NCBI GenBank assembly: GCA_965637545.1
Contig: OZ281497.1
Coordinates: 28,830,001-28,894,000 of the forward strand
Direction of reading: 5' to 3'
From: Phallusia mammillata
Lineage: Eukaryota
Length of the DNA: 64,000 nucleotides
Of this stretch, positions 36,301-51,300 are shown piece after piece. A model generated the notes under the pieces. The model ran no database searches. It was not told where the DNA came from and was given only the letters and a program-made list of their open reading frames with translations. How positions within the stretch are numbered: position 1 is the stretch's first letter; each line of letters begins with the position of its first letter. The position numbers were made by a program, and so were the translations under genes.

Positions 36301-39300
36301 CAATTTTACAATTTGATCTTTGAATGATTTAGCATTTACTATGTAGTATACTGGGGAGAAATGAAAAAGGTTTGAATTGTTGACGAAGGAATTTGTAAAA
36401 AAAAGCTTGCGAAACACAGGATCTAGAGGAATCAGCTTTCTACTCAGTTTTTCACAGTAAACTTTCACCTTGCAAGTAAACCAATTTCATAAAACGGCCT
36501 GTCATGCCTATTAACATGGGCGTTTTTAGTTCTATAAGCAATTTCTACAAAACAACATTTTTATTCAAACCTGTCACAAGCAGCAAACATTGATCTTCCC
36601 AGGGGGCAAAGGGTTCCCTCCCCACAGTTCGGAGGGACTGTTACGTCATTGAGTGACGTAGTAGCTACGTCAGCGCACACTTCTTTCGCTGGTTTGTATC
36701 CAACACCGTTGCAACATGATTCGTCGGTTGCAATGAGGTTTGTGGAACAACACGTGGATGAATCTGATTGGCTGACGTGGTGAACCTGACATTAGTTTCT
36801 AATTTAGTGAGATTTGTTTGGCTGATCTTTGCTTGAATCATAGAGAAATAATAGCAAGATGTAAAATCCGGATGTAAATCAAAATATTTTTTTCTTTATT
36901 AAAGGGGCAATTTAAAAGTGTCTGCTCTATAAAACGTTTAATTTTGTTGTTTTCAAAAGTACAAAAAAAACTTCTTTTGAGTCTGGTGCTCAGCGTTTCA
37001 AATGTTATTAACCCTGATCAAGGCAATCTAAATAGAAACGATGATGCGCAAATAGCATTGCCAGAAAATATATAAAACTGCTATTGTGTAAATATCCACA
37101 CACCCCCAACAATAAATAAATTTAAACAAAAAATTCACATGGGAATTTTTTAAACATTTTTTCACCGTTTTCATCTAAACAATTTAAGTTTCCGCTCTGT
37201 ACAACTTTTTTATCTTTTTGTTCTTAAAAATATAGAAAAAAAAATTTTCTTTCTAGTTTGGTGCTCAGCAATTTTAAATGTTATTATCCTAGATTACGGC
37301 AATTTAAACGACTGTTCATTAATATGAATGCCTGAAAATATATACTATTTGCTATGGTGCTTGGCAGCAACAGTTTACAAAAAAACTTTTGGTTATCCAC
37401 TGACCCCCAACATAAAATTATTTCACACAAAATAACTTTTTCAAACATTTTTATACCGATAAAAATTTAAATCTATTGTTACTGTTTTTGATTAGGAGAT
37501 AGTTTAAGATAGTTAGTTTTTTCCTGCAGTCAGTTTAAAACACAAACATAAATATTTTAGTTTGTATTTTACCACAGCATCATTGGAGCTTCGATCTTCG
37601 CAGCAGATCGTTGAATTACGAGGAACATACTGAACACCACAACAATAGTGGGAGGGCGAGGATTCGAACCCGGATCCTTTGGAACTAATTCCACAACAAA
37701 CTTGTTTACTCGATATCATCTAAAACAATAGTAAATCTTCAGTTCAATTCTACAAACACTATTCCTTGGTCCACACGACCCTCTTTACGTATGATATTAC
37801 ATATATGTGTAGCGTTTTCCCCACTTATAAGTATTTATCTTTTTTAGAGCCAAAACGTACAAACAAAGACAAAACATAAGCTTATGCTTAGGACGAATGA
37901 TTAATTTCCAATGCCATCTGCCCTTTTTGATCTCGTAATCGTGAGTATTCATTGAAAACGATTACAGCTTCGAAGGAGTTGGCTTTAAACTATTCCTACC
38001 TTTCCACCGCAGCATTGCAGCTCAAAGGCGTCGTGCAATTCACCGTTGCAGCAAACTTGCAAACCACTATCGAAATAGGGGACTCCCCCACAGCATGAAT
38101 CTCCGGCACCGACCGAAACTCGATCCTCGACCGGATCTTTACAGCACACCTCATCCGATGTTACCTGTCGTAAAAATAAATGTCATAAACGAAGCAGAGA
38201 GCAAATTCGGGGCACAAACAGTTTACAAAAGGCGCAATTCTGTTTAAGCTTGATTATAAGTTATAAGTTATTAAATTTAAAATAAACAAAGCAACTGACC
38301 CTTAAATATCTCCCGCTGCAGCACTGTCGGTTGTTCATCCATGCGTGAAATTTCCCGCCACAGCACACATCACTCGAGCGCCCTCTAATGGCGATATAAT
38401 TGCTGTCACAACATTCCTTCCTTCCATCAGCCTCGTACAAAGTGTTACCACAACAAACCTATAACAAGGATTCCAACGCTTTTCAGATACTCGCTTAAGT
38501 CAGCACAACTTGCAAAAACAATTAACAGTGAACAAATTTTAATACCAAACAAGGACCTATACACAAATGTCATTGAATATAGTGTACATAAACGCTATGA
38601 AAACGAACAGTTTAACATGAATAAATTGTTGGTTAAAATGATAAGCAATGGAAGTGACTCGTTTGCCCTTTGATTTTCAACTTCACCTGTTTAGTTGGGT
38701 TGAAACATTTCTCTCCACAAACTTTCTCATCTCTTCGACATTTTACGTAAACACATTCCGGTTCAGGTTGCTTGGGTCTAAAATGAGAACACTTTTCAAC
38801 AAGAGATAAATTAACTACGCATATGTCAAGAGATTTTTGTATTTAAATTTTTCAAATTAAATTGCTCACACTAAAACCTAATGCCTTACTAAGATCTCAA
38901 CAAAAAATAGAAATATTTTTTCAAAGTTACACTTTAGGCATTTACCTTGTTTGCAAATTACTTTGCGTTTCATTCCTTGCGATAGCATGAACACAATGTA
39001 ATACGATGTTAAACAAAAAAGTCAATGATTATAATACACCAATAGTTTACAGTACTTAATAGTTTATGTTTCGAACACACTTTATTAAACAGTAATTTCA
39101 CTTCAAAATCCTACATTTCAGAACAAGGAACGAGAGATCTTCGTTTCAGTTGATAACTGCGAAGAATTCCGTTCGGCAAAGTTGGAGCTTTCCAAGTTAT
39201 TTCAACATTTCGACTGTTGATTGCCTGCAAAGTAAAGTATAATAAAAATATTTTTTTAGTTTGAAACAGTATGCAGAAGGAAACAAAAAAGTTTCCGACA

Positions 39301-42300
39301 ATAACAATAGAACTAATGTGGCGTATTCAAACAAGTTTAATTATTTCATATCATGATGTTTTTTAAAAAGCCAAAAACAGTTAGATTTGCCTTTATGACA
39401 CAAACGTGGCCGAGTGTAAGGTCCGGCTTGAATCGAGCCTTCCGAAGAGTGCCGGCCGACTTTCAGATTAATTGACACAGGTTGGGTATAATTGTATTCA
39501 AATTAAAAAGCAAATAAACTGTCGAACACATTAAGTGAGAAATTATCGCCAAAAACCGTTGTTTAAGCACTGCTTATGCTAACGCAACTTTGGAAATCGC
39601 AAAAGTATCCACAACTTTTTCATGTTATCTGTTGCATCAGCAGCTTACTTTCAAACTCGGTGGTTGGATTCCTGTCGGGGTCGTTTCCAAGGTGGTTGCC
39701 AGGGACGCGTTGCTGGCTGCGCATGCGTAAACTGTACATGCCTCCAGCTAAAAAAAACAAATGAGAAATATTATTTTATAGTAAAACCTTGTGTAGAAAA
39801 TGTATTGTCCGGAGACTTGAAAAAAAGACAAGCATTATTTTTAAACGTTTTCGTCAAGTGATACCTGTTATATAAGCCTTTTTAGTGTCACAAAATAATT
39901 GTTTTGATGTTACTTCGATTCAAACATATTTTCCTACCTTTATGTTATACACCGTGTACGGCTTTAAATCATCAATGACGTGGGACGACGGCTCCGTAAG
40001 ATTGGTGACGATTTTGACGTCATCAATTATGACGTTGTATGATGTAATTTGACCGTTCGGTTGTTTCGGTGGAAGCCAACTCACTCGGAGTTGAGTTGAG
40101 CTGAGTGAGTAAACTACTGGTGCACTCAAGCCCAAGGGCGCTGGTGAAACATAAACTATAGTGTCAAAGCATTGATAAGTTGGAGTTACAAACTGCAATA
40201 ACAAAATTAAGCAATTTTAACTCTAGTTACTGAGTTAAAGTTTAAAAACTTGTATGTAGAAAATACATTGTGTTGCAAACGGAACTAATCAAGAGTAATT
40301 TGGGCACAATCGAAAAATCAAACATATTTATGACTGTCAAAATTCATTTGAGAAAAAATTGATACATTTGGTTATTTTTCTGGACAACGACCCTTAACCC
40401 ATGTTACTCTCGAAACTTGATCATTTTTGCTTCGGTTTTGTAAAGTTTTTTTTTTAACCAGCCTTAATGTTTTATTAAGGCATTTTGTATTGTATTTGTA
40501 ACTTTTTTACCAAGTTTGATACGCTTTTTTTGCATCTGTAATACAGATTTTAGATGGTAATGCTTTAACAACATTATGCAACACCTTGTAACTTTTTAAT
40601 TTATGACATAATTTGGACGCCTAAACATTCGTGGTACCTCCGTCATCAGTTGTCGCTTCTTGGGTGTCAGAGGTCACATTGTGGGCTCCATTGTCCACCA
40701 CAAGGTCAAACGTATACGTGGTGCCCGGATGAAGATCACCAAGTCTGTATGACGTCACAGTTGGAGAAAATCTCAGGGTTTCTGAAATGTTGTATTTGCT
40801 CGTGTTGTAACGGATGAAAAAGTTGTGAACTTCACCCTGAAAAAAGATTTGAGCTTTTAAACAAAGCGAGCTAAGCTTGAGATAATGAAGTTTCTGATAC
40901 AGTTAATAATATCAAACAACAAAAAATACTTAAAAATAAAATAAAAACATTTCAATTCCAAGTAAGTATGGATGTACTAAGCAACGGACTGCGTAATTCC
41001 AGCTTTGAGTTTCAATTACAAGGTAAATGTTTTGCAAATGTTATTACACAGGCGTTTATGGTTGTCAACTGATTTAAAAGTTCAGCTTTAACAAAATCTT
41101 ATTTGAAGAAAGACGTTATTAAATTAAAGTTCAGTAGCAACAACAGACAGTTTAGGTTCAGTAATGCAACTTAGAGGTATTTTACCACCAATCATCAAAA
41201 CACCCACCTGTAATTCCTGTAGACTTGGTTCTTCCCACCACAAATATACGGCAGTGTGGTTATGAACAGCTACATTTAATGTGCCAGGTGACCTTGGATA
41301 CCCAGCTAAGGTCGTCACGGTGCTGATGTCACTAGCAAGTGAACCTTAAAAACAACGTAGTGTCTGGACTATACGTCAAGGATTTGGCTAACAACTAAAC
41401 TACATCAGCCGGAAAATTTTGCATTTATGAACAGGGGAAGGCTTGTATAATCGCCTCATTCGGAAATAAGTTACAAAATATTGCAAACATACTGATTACT
41501 TTAAATCAAGAATATTGCACAACTAAAAAAGCAATAATGGTGAGAATAAGAGCCCGCATTTATCGTTACTTACCTTCAGTGTTAAATACAGCCAGTCTAT
41601 ATTGGCAAGTTGTGTATTTCTCCAGGGATCTATCTTCATACATAAGATCTGTTCCTCTGTATATTGTTTGACTGACGTTGATATAAGGAGGTTGGACTGG
41701 AAGTAATGGTTGAGATAAGACGGTTCGGCTCAGCTCGTAGAAAATATCTGGACAACAATAGTGTAGGTTATCAAATAGTCAAGGTAGCCAACTCTCTCCA
41801 TGTTAAGCCTCTGTTCAGCATCAGTTTACGTTATTGTTTCTTGTAAAAAACATTTCTCAAACAACTGTTTATAAAACATGGAGACGCACAAGGCAATGCT
41901 ATGATTACAACGTGTTTGCACAATCAATTCGCCTGCAAAAGTTCATTGCCAATTCGAGCTACAAAATTTACTGGGTTGATTATTATTTGTGGACAAACTG
42001 GAGAAGTGTGTCGTTCCTTATCTGAAATTATGCATAAAGCTTTTACCAATTCCACAATTGTTTTCAATACTCTTATACGGTTAACAGACATGTTAAATCA
42101 AGTATAAATCTCACGGTAAAAAGATTGTTTTTTTTGCGACTTAGCGCAAATTCTGTTTAAATCTGAATTGATTGGTTCCACTACTTATTTATTTTATTCA
42201 AACGTTTCAATCACGTTTGAATTTATCACTTTCTTTCTGTTCATGATATACTGAAAAATCCGATGTACCTGGTCCATTAGGATACTTGGGTGGTTTCCAC

Positions 42301-45300
42301 TGCACACTAACGTGTCGTTCTGTGATTGGTGTAAGTATGGGTGGGTCCAAATCACGTGGTACAGCGGAAAGGGTCTTCACATGGGTGGTGGGGCTTTCGG
42401 TGCATCCCCCAGTCGTGCAGGCAGTAATAGAAACCTAGAAATCAAAATTGTAAAATAAAAAGCAGAAATTCTGATATTTACAATCGGGTTATAAATCTGT
42501 GTCTATTGTTCTTTGCATATGTTTTGTTCCTGGCTTTATTTAAACACTTGAGAACATTACAAACATATTGTTAGCATCGGTGTTCTTACGTATTATAAGT
42601 TACGTATTATTTGAATGTATTGTATGGCTTGTTTTATTTCAGCAATCATTCGTCTTCATTCAGTGAAAAACCCTAAAAATGTCATCCATTACTGATAAAC
42701 CTGCATGTTGGTATTGTAAGCATACATATTTTTGTTTATTAATAACTTTAATGCAAAATTTTCAGTATACAGTATGATTTGAAAACATTCAATTACCTCA
42801 TAATCCGTGTGTGGAATCAGCCCTGTGACGTTAAGTGACGTATCAGTGACGTTTTCCACTGTGACACGTGGATCGGGAAATGAAATTTCGTAGCGTGTGA
42901 TTGGCCCGTTTGCCTGCACAGGCTCCGCCCAGATCACGTGCACAGTTTCCGGATCCAGCACGCCCACTTGTGGTGGATGAATGCCAGCTGGTCCTGTGGA
43001 AAATTTGTCAAAAGATAAAGAAAATAAATATAGATTTTAGTTGACGATTACTCGGTGTAATGAAACATTTTTTGTTGTCATTAAGCTGGTAATTTGCCTT
43101 GAAGCAACTGTTTTTTCCCAATTAGGCAAATGGTGCAATTTAGTTGCACACAGAGAGAATTGAAACGAGATATCTTTAACAGTTACTTTAAATAATCAAA
43201 TCAGCCGAATTATTTTCAAGATAAATTGGAAAGTATTGAATAAATTGGCTTATTCTAAAAACATTTACTGGATGTTTATTTACTCTGAATCCTGATATAT
43301 GAAGAATCAACAATGCCCATATATTTGTAGTCATAACCGACCTGCAGAGGAAACAATTTATTTTGCATTCTGGAACCAGATCAATGCAAATTTTCAATAT
43401 TTGGAGATTTGTTAACACCAACAATCTAGTCAGTTCAATGCCGTCAATCCAACCACTGTCCTGTTTTTTTTCGTTTAAGCGAATTCGCTTACGTCCGGGT
43501 CTTGTTCTCACACTGGTCCATGTACTGGCCGTGCTCCCCCCAGCCAGAGTTGAACTGATGACTCGGTATTTGTAAGACGAGTAGGGGCGGAGTTCGGGAG
43601 ACTCGTCTAAGAAGCGGAGTGCCTGAGAGGGCACGAAAGCCCCCAACATTTTTGCCTCACTGCAAATAAAACCGAAATAAGTGGTAACAACTTTAAGAGG
43701 CCGTAAATCTGCTCCAAAACTGGTCTGTTATGAAACCTTGGTAATTTTTCAGCAATGAATACGAGCATTTAATATGTGAAGTTTCAGATGATGTATTATA
43801 GTATCCATGAGTTAAAGGTTAATATTTTTATTGATTTGACGATTTAGTTGAAAACAGACAGTTGCAGTAAGTTTGACAAATTTCTTGTATTGTGTGTTAA
43901 TAAGATTTCTGTGTTTTGGAACAAAATGGTACAGCGCGGCAACGATTTTCCTCATACTATTTGAATTTTCGACGTTTTAGAAAAATATATTTTGGAAGAA
44001 CAAATAACCTTAAATTCTGTGTTCACGTTAATAAAATGACCACAAACCATTAAAAAAAATGTTCAAATTTAAATTTTTCAGCGACGCAAAAACATTAAAA
44101 CAAAAAAGCACATAATGTAATGAATTGTATCTACCTGTCATCAGTGTTGTTCGACTTCCGTTCAAGTCTGTAGTTATCCAAGACACCGTTTGATGCAACT
44201 GGACGCCGCCAACGAACAAACACAGACGCTGGGGAGTCAGAACGAAGAATCGGAGGGTCCAGGCCCTAAAACGTTGGAACTTATCAAACTCTGGCATGTT
44301 TTTTTGGGGGGAAAGTTTCTGCTTAATGAAGGTTGTGATATTTTTTCTAATAATATTTAAGCTGTAATCGTTCAAAGGTTAAGAGGGAAGAAAAGTTGAT
44401 ATACAAAGTTAGAAACAAACTGCTGGGATCGTTGATTGATCGTGCCAAAAATATACTTTTCCTGTTTTTGTTTATAATTATAGAAAGTACTTTTCATGTA
44501 AAGTAGATTAAAAGCTTAGCAATAATATAGTAGATTATAAGTTAGCAATAATCTATATTTGTGTCTCAATTAACCTATCACGTTTATTTAATTTATATTA
44601 CAACATTAACGCCTTTCCACAGAACTTTTGCTTGATTACTTGATCAACAATTACCCAATAATAAATATGAAATGTGCTACATACTGACCTCTGGTGGTGC
44701 CGCATGGGTGATGACATTCTTTGAGTTGGGGCTTGAAGTGCATCCAGCCAATGTACAAGCCTCGATTCTGTGAATAAATTACCTTTTTTGTAGGGCTTTG
44801 CCAGAAAATTTTACAAATATTGTGGCAGCATGAAGATATTAAACTTTATTCTACAAACTAGTACTTTGCATCTACTTTACATTTTATACAGAAAAATATT
44901 CTTTACATACACTCTCTAGCAGTTTTTCTTGTTTCAATCAAGCATGTTTGAATGTGGGATGAGTTTGACATGTTTTTTGGAGCAAATCAAATTACCTGTA
45001 CACGTATGTGGTGAAAGGTGTTAGACCGTCAGCATCAAACGATGTGAGGTTACCGGGAACTTCGTCACGCATCACTTCGTTCTCGTACACCCGATACGCA
45101 TCGATGACTCCGTTCGGCTCCGCTGGTTTCTCCCACGTGACGCGGAGTTGCCAAGCATCGATTTGGTAAACAATCGGTGGATCCATTCCACTAACACAAG
45201 TTGAAATATGGTGAAATATACATGGTTTTGTTCATATATTGTAAAATTTACAATTTGTTGCATTGTAAACGCAAATGTACCCCTGTGGAACGTGTAGACG

Positions 45301-48300
45301 GGGTAATAACAATGTGTTTACCCAACTAAATTTTTCTTTGTAATTTTATTTTCTTCATGTATTTTTTTTTTTTATAAAAATTTGTTTGATAAAAAGGAAA
45401 CAGTATACGTTAGATTTCAGGTAACGTGCGCACACGAAAAAAAACAAATGTAGGACAACTTGAAGAAAATCCAAGTCACAAAATTTTGGCCCATATACGC
45501 AACTGAGAAACTGACATATTTTGTGCATACCTTGGTTTATCTTGCTTTGTGTAGGTGGACACCCAACCACTCTCTGTCGAACCGTAGGAGTTTGATCCAA
45601 TAACTTGAAACTCGTATTGCTTGTAGGGGAGTAAATCTGGAAAATGGAGTTTTGCATAATAGCAATAATTTCAATACAATACGTAACTCTAAGTACCGAG
45701 TTTCAGACATACAGGTATGATACATCAATAATGTTTTTTTAATTTAAACACCAAATCATGCTTATTTGGCGATTTTGTACATGTCTAAAATACAGCGGGC
45801 GACTAAGTCACAAAAAACATATTAAGTCACATAAACTGCAACAATAAAATGCTATAATATTACAAACTTTTCTATTCTCTCACCTTTTAATTCGTAACTC
45901 ATTTGTCGAGTGACGTCACTAAACAGATTCTTTTCATTTTCAGGCGGGGAAACCCCCCGATACTGGAGTTGGAAGGAAGAGTTTCCGGGTGCGTTATTCC
46001 GGGCTGGGTCCCGCCATGTTACCAGGATGGAATGGGGTGACTGTGGGGTTAAAACGGGTGCCCTTAAACCATCTGGAGCACCAGGAGGCATCGTTACTGA
46101 TCGCATGTTACTTATGACGTAACCTGCACCGTTAGATGCGTTCACCTGTGAATTGATAAAAGAAAAGTTAAGTTTATTGTGCATTTGGTAAAAGTGCTTT
46201 GTATGCCATTCAAGTTGAGCAAAGTTATTCTGTACTAAACAAACAGAAACCATGCAAATATTGCAGTTGTTTGATGGGATCGCCATTTTGCTAGCAGTGC
46301 ATTGAAATGGTTTGAATAGGAAGGTTTTAACTCCGTTAAAGTCCACAATGGATTCTGTTTGTTATAATAATGTTTCGCCAGTGCTACAACGATACTTATG
46401 TCGGAACTGACATGAACGTAAAAGCATATGAGCCAACATGAACGTATGTAGTAAACTTTCAAATGCGTATACCCCAAAAATATGTTATTCTTAACAAATC
46501 GGAGTGTCGCAAACTGGCTACACCAGCCCAGAGGGTCAATGTTTTCTCACCAGCTGATCTGATGAGACTCTATAGATCAAAACGGTGTGCAATGTCTGCT
46601 CCTATATCTCCATTTATTGTTTAGTATCTTTTAGTACAGATTTAGATGCTGACAAAAGTCAAACAAAATTCCCCTTACCTTTACAATATATTCAGAATGG
46701 GGGATTAACCCACTCACGCGCTTCCACTCATCCATGTCCGATGACGTCATCATGACACGTGACTCCCGGGTTGTTGAATAATCCTGAGCGTCAGGGTCAC
46801 GATAGAAGAGACCGACACATATCACGCTGTATTGCATCCTTCCATTCTGCCGGTCCGGATTATTCCAGCGCGCTTCAAGTGACCTTGCGTCGAGGACGGT
46901 GACCTCTAACTTGACCCGACCTTGCGGGGGACTTTCTTTGGTGCGTTTCGCTTCTTCCGGACCGAAGGAGCATCCCTTTTTCGTGCAAACTCTCATCCTG
47001 AATGTGTGTCTGCTCCAGGGGCTGAGACCGGTCAGTGTGGTGCTCTGTGGTACTGTAGAGTTGCGGATTAAAACGTCGTTCTGGTACAAGCTGTAGAGAG
47101 TGATCTCGCCGTTTGGCAAGGTCGGTTTGCGCCACGAAACACGGAACGAGTGTGGCGATATGGCAGCAACATCTGGTGGTGGAACATTTTCCGGCACACT
47201 CTCCTGTGTCTGACACGGGGTGGCGCTACTAAGCTTGCAACCTCCTTCCGTGCAAGCAGACAGTATGACGTAGTACTGGGTTCCGGCGATCAGATTTTCT
47301 AAAGTGTATTCCAGCATAGGCATCGTGTTGTTGTAAACTTCCAACCCAACACCTGTAGTGGTTTCATTGCGCAAATACAACACGTAGCGGTCTAGAATCC
47401 CGTTCATCATGGCCGGTTTTAGCCACCTCACTTCCACTGTGTGTGGGCCACGGACCGTGACCATCGGTTGGTCCACGTGACTCGGCGGAAGTTGACCGGA
47501 ATAGAGCGTGACCTCATCGCTTACGTTACAACCTGCACTTGTACAGGCTTCAAGCTGAAACCTCTGCTCAGTGAAAGTCGGCAAACCGTGGATAGTGAAT
47601 GAGGTATTAAGTCCTGTGTATATTAAACTTCCGTTGTGGGTTAAGGCGTACTGTGTGATGCGACCATTCGGCGCGTCTGGTTCCATCCAGCGGATTACCA
47701 TTACATGAGCGTTGACGCCAGAAGTGGGCGCTCTTACCCCATCTGGTATTTCTTCTCGTGTTTGCAGCACTACACTTCCAGCACTAGTTGTGCATCCCTG
47801 CACTGTACAAGCCTGTATGTTGACACTGTAGTTTGTATATGGTGTGAGGCCGTGTATGCTTCCATAGTGTTTGTCACCTTTGAAAGTTCTGTTGATTGAT
47901 TTGTTGGAAAGGTTGTTTAGGGAATCTGAAAGAATACAAATTGTTTGGCTGACACGCTATAGCTCTCTTTGCAAAAAAATGCTGCTTTAAGCTACATTGT
48001 TATCAATTGCAAAAACTCAAAACGTTTCGCTTCAAGGAGTGCTTTGACTTTTGTGGTTGTGAAACAGCAGTGTTTTGTTACCATCGAGCTCTATTTGGGT
48101 GGAGGTTTAACGTATTTGTCCGGAATGAAAAATACTATTCGCAGCTTTTGCTTTGTGTTTGTAAATACAGTATTATGCTATGAAACAACTCTTCAGCAAA
48201 ATCTTTATGTTTTGTCCAAGGTGCCAAAAGCAGAATAGTAGAGAAACACTGTTGTTAGGAATAAAACCATTGACTAAAATGCAGGTTGCTAAAACAGTTG

Positions 48301-51300
48301 GACTTGTGGTCATGTTTCGAGCCAACCAATTGTAAAGAAAATTATTCATATATTCGCATAATTCTGTAACAGGATTAAAGGCTTGGCAAATTGACTATGC
48401 GTTTAACCGGATTTTGTTTTTACCTCCAACAGCTGTCGCAAACAGAGTGTAGTTGAGGACAACCCCATTCGCACGCAGCGGTCTCCTCCAGTTCACGCGG
48501 ATTTCCGTTCCGCTGACGCTTCGTTCATTGTACGGAGCAGGAAGAGTGTGGGGAATCCCCTCTCCAGATCTTGTGACGATCCATGAACTCTGAGCTTCTC
48601 CACCCGCATTTGAACTTGACACCTGAACCAAGGTTGTTTTTTTAGCCAACTTCAACTTACTACCGACAGCAAAAATCGCAATGAAGCCGGGTAGATGTTT
48701 ACAAAAATATATGTACTGTTGGTCGTCTAATATCAAAACTTCTCCTGGGTATTTGCTTGTTAAAGCTGGCCCCAATAAACTTGCTTCGCTGAGAAAGACA
48801 TAACATTTCTACATTGTTGGCTAAGAAGACGTACGCGTCCATCGATAAACTTTTGTTTTTAGATTAGTGGACAGCGTAAATGAAGAAAAAACTGTATTTG
48901 CGGCCTTTACATATGAAAAATCCCGAGTCTTAGTCAGTATAAATACCTTGTATAAGTATCTTGTGAAAGCCTGTTCTGGAACAATGACATCATCAAACAC
49001 GTGACCATTGCCTGTGTATACGATCTCTATGGGCGCTTCCACGCACTGATTTCTGTGCCCGAATGGAGTCGGGATTTGTTGAACAACAAGCGACAAACTG
49101 TCGCTTTCATCTATGCCCGAACCTTCACCACTATGTGACGCACTTTCCCTGCTCTCTGTCGCCCCTGCCGGACAACCGTCCAAGTCCACGTTTACAGACG
49201 TATCCACATCACGTGACAAGCTGATGTTCCGCCTGTTGATTGACAGGTGAGAGATGCAACCGCCAAACGAGCGGGAATCGTCGTCCAGCAACGTCACAAG
49301 GCTGTTCAACCTTGAACTCGTGACCCCGCCGAGGTAGAGGTCACGAGAGAGGTCGAAGGTCATTTCGTTCCTTGCGTGGAAAAAAGTGGTTTGGTTGACT
49401 CCAACTTGCCCGTCGACTTCTGTAGATAACTGTCCCCTGGTGTTGCGGAACACTGCGGTGTGCCATTCTCCGTCACAAAGAGTGATTGTTGTATGGCTGT
49501 TGACGTCATACTGAACCTCTACGATGTCATCAGGTGAAGTTGACACAATGTATCTGAAATGTACAGAAAGGTTGATACTGTTTTACATTGCGCTCTTGGT
49601 GAAATTTATAATTTAGAGCAGTAAAATTTCTTCATAAGTTCTAATGAGGAATCAACGGTTCTCCGATTATAAAGTATTGGCCAAAAGTCAGACAATAAAA
49701 AGGTCGCCTTTACGTCCTTTATTGCCAGTACAATTTTCAATGTACAGAATTATGTAGGCCAATATTCCAAAAATATTGTCATTTGCTTAGTTCAAATGGT
49801 CATGCTACCCACCTCAGTTTGCCTTGTTGCAAAGTCGCCATCATAAAATCCACACCCGGTCTCCCAGCAGCGTAAAATAAAATCCCAGAAGAGAAAAATG
49901 TTCGAAACCGAATCTCAACTGACCACGTGGAAGGGTCAAGAACTCCCAAGGTCGTAGAGAGTTTCAAGTGACCTCTACCAAGAAAATGGACAGCTGGACG
50001 CGTCAAGGACACAGGACAACCCTGCCAGGAGTTGTACGCGCGATGCCATTGGTCAGCTTCGTCCCACGTGACATTGCTCCATTCGCCCAGCGATCCGTTT
50101 CGCTGCACTCGTATGTCCTTGATGCAGCCGATGTGACCTTGACGCACGACCACGTGGTTTTCAAGGTCATCGGGGCGCCCTAGCTCGAAATCGTCCGGGA
50201 TTCCGCCAACGTAAACCCCGTCGTTTACCCCAATCACGGTGGTTTCCCTGGGGCTGGTCGCGTACCCCGTGTTGACCTCGTCGACCTCTATGTATCCGTT
50301 ACGGTTGAATCGGTTTACCTCGATCCGGTGCCACTCTCCATCGTTGTACTTCCTCCCTGCGTCGTTGCTAGTGGTAACGGCTGTGGGGTTGTCCTGGGGG
50401 TCAAAGAGGAACCAGGGGCGTCCCCCGCGGAGCTGGAGCACCACGTACTCTTGACGAACTCCTCCGGAGGAAAGAGGAGATGCTGCGAAGAAGAGAAGAC
50501 TCTCCTCCTCGAATGTCCGGAAGCTTAACTGAATTCCGCTGTATGACGCATCGCGGGGAAGCACCGAAGTAGTGAACCGGACGTGGGACTTTCCCGGGAA
50601 GCGAACCCCGCGGGACATTTCGATCGGGGGGTGAGAGAAAGCGACCGGGGACCTGAGGAGGGTAAACTCCGGGCGGGGTCCGTTTACGTGATCAGGGTCC
50701 TTCCATTTCAGTTGGATCGAGGTTTCACTTCTTTTGCCCGGAATAGGAGGCTGTTGGCCTTCGGGTGCTGGACATAAAATAGAAGGGTTAAGTGAGAAAT
50801 GTAATGTAACATAAAATTTCCTGCTTATATTGTGTTTCTAAGCTCATGTGGGTTGGGCTATTTCATTTCAAAAAAGAATATGTTACATTTACTTTATTGT
50901 TGTTGGGATCCTGCATCGGGCTATTTTTTTCCTCTGTTAGATGTTTAAGACGGAAAACAAATCCAAAACTGACCTGCTGGTAGAGTGGTTGCGTTTGCTT
51001 CTGAGCTCAACACACACGACACAGAGTTGCAGAGATTCATCTTTATAACGTGAGAGGAGAAGGGTTCGAATCCCGTCGCTACGAAGTGTTGGATGTTCAG
51101 ACCGCATGAGTAGATTACCTAAGAATCATATGGTGGTATTATCAAAAGAAACAGAATGTTTCAAGTATAAAAGTTATAGGAACAAGGAGTGCAAAATGTA
51201 AGGCCAGACACAGATGCCAACAGTAACTTGATTGAAAGCAAAATTGTTAAAAAGTATCTATTTAGGAAATATATCGCATGTGTTTAGGAAATATATAGAG

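Noticed and set aside
46875-50777. Alternative-frame and antisense ORFs overlapping large usherin exons
   Set aside because: Expected by-products of GC-richer coding exons; no independent motifs.
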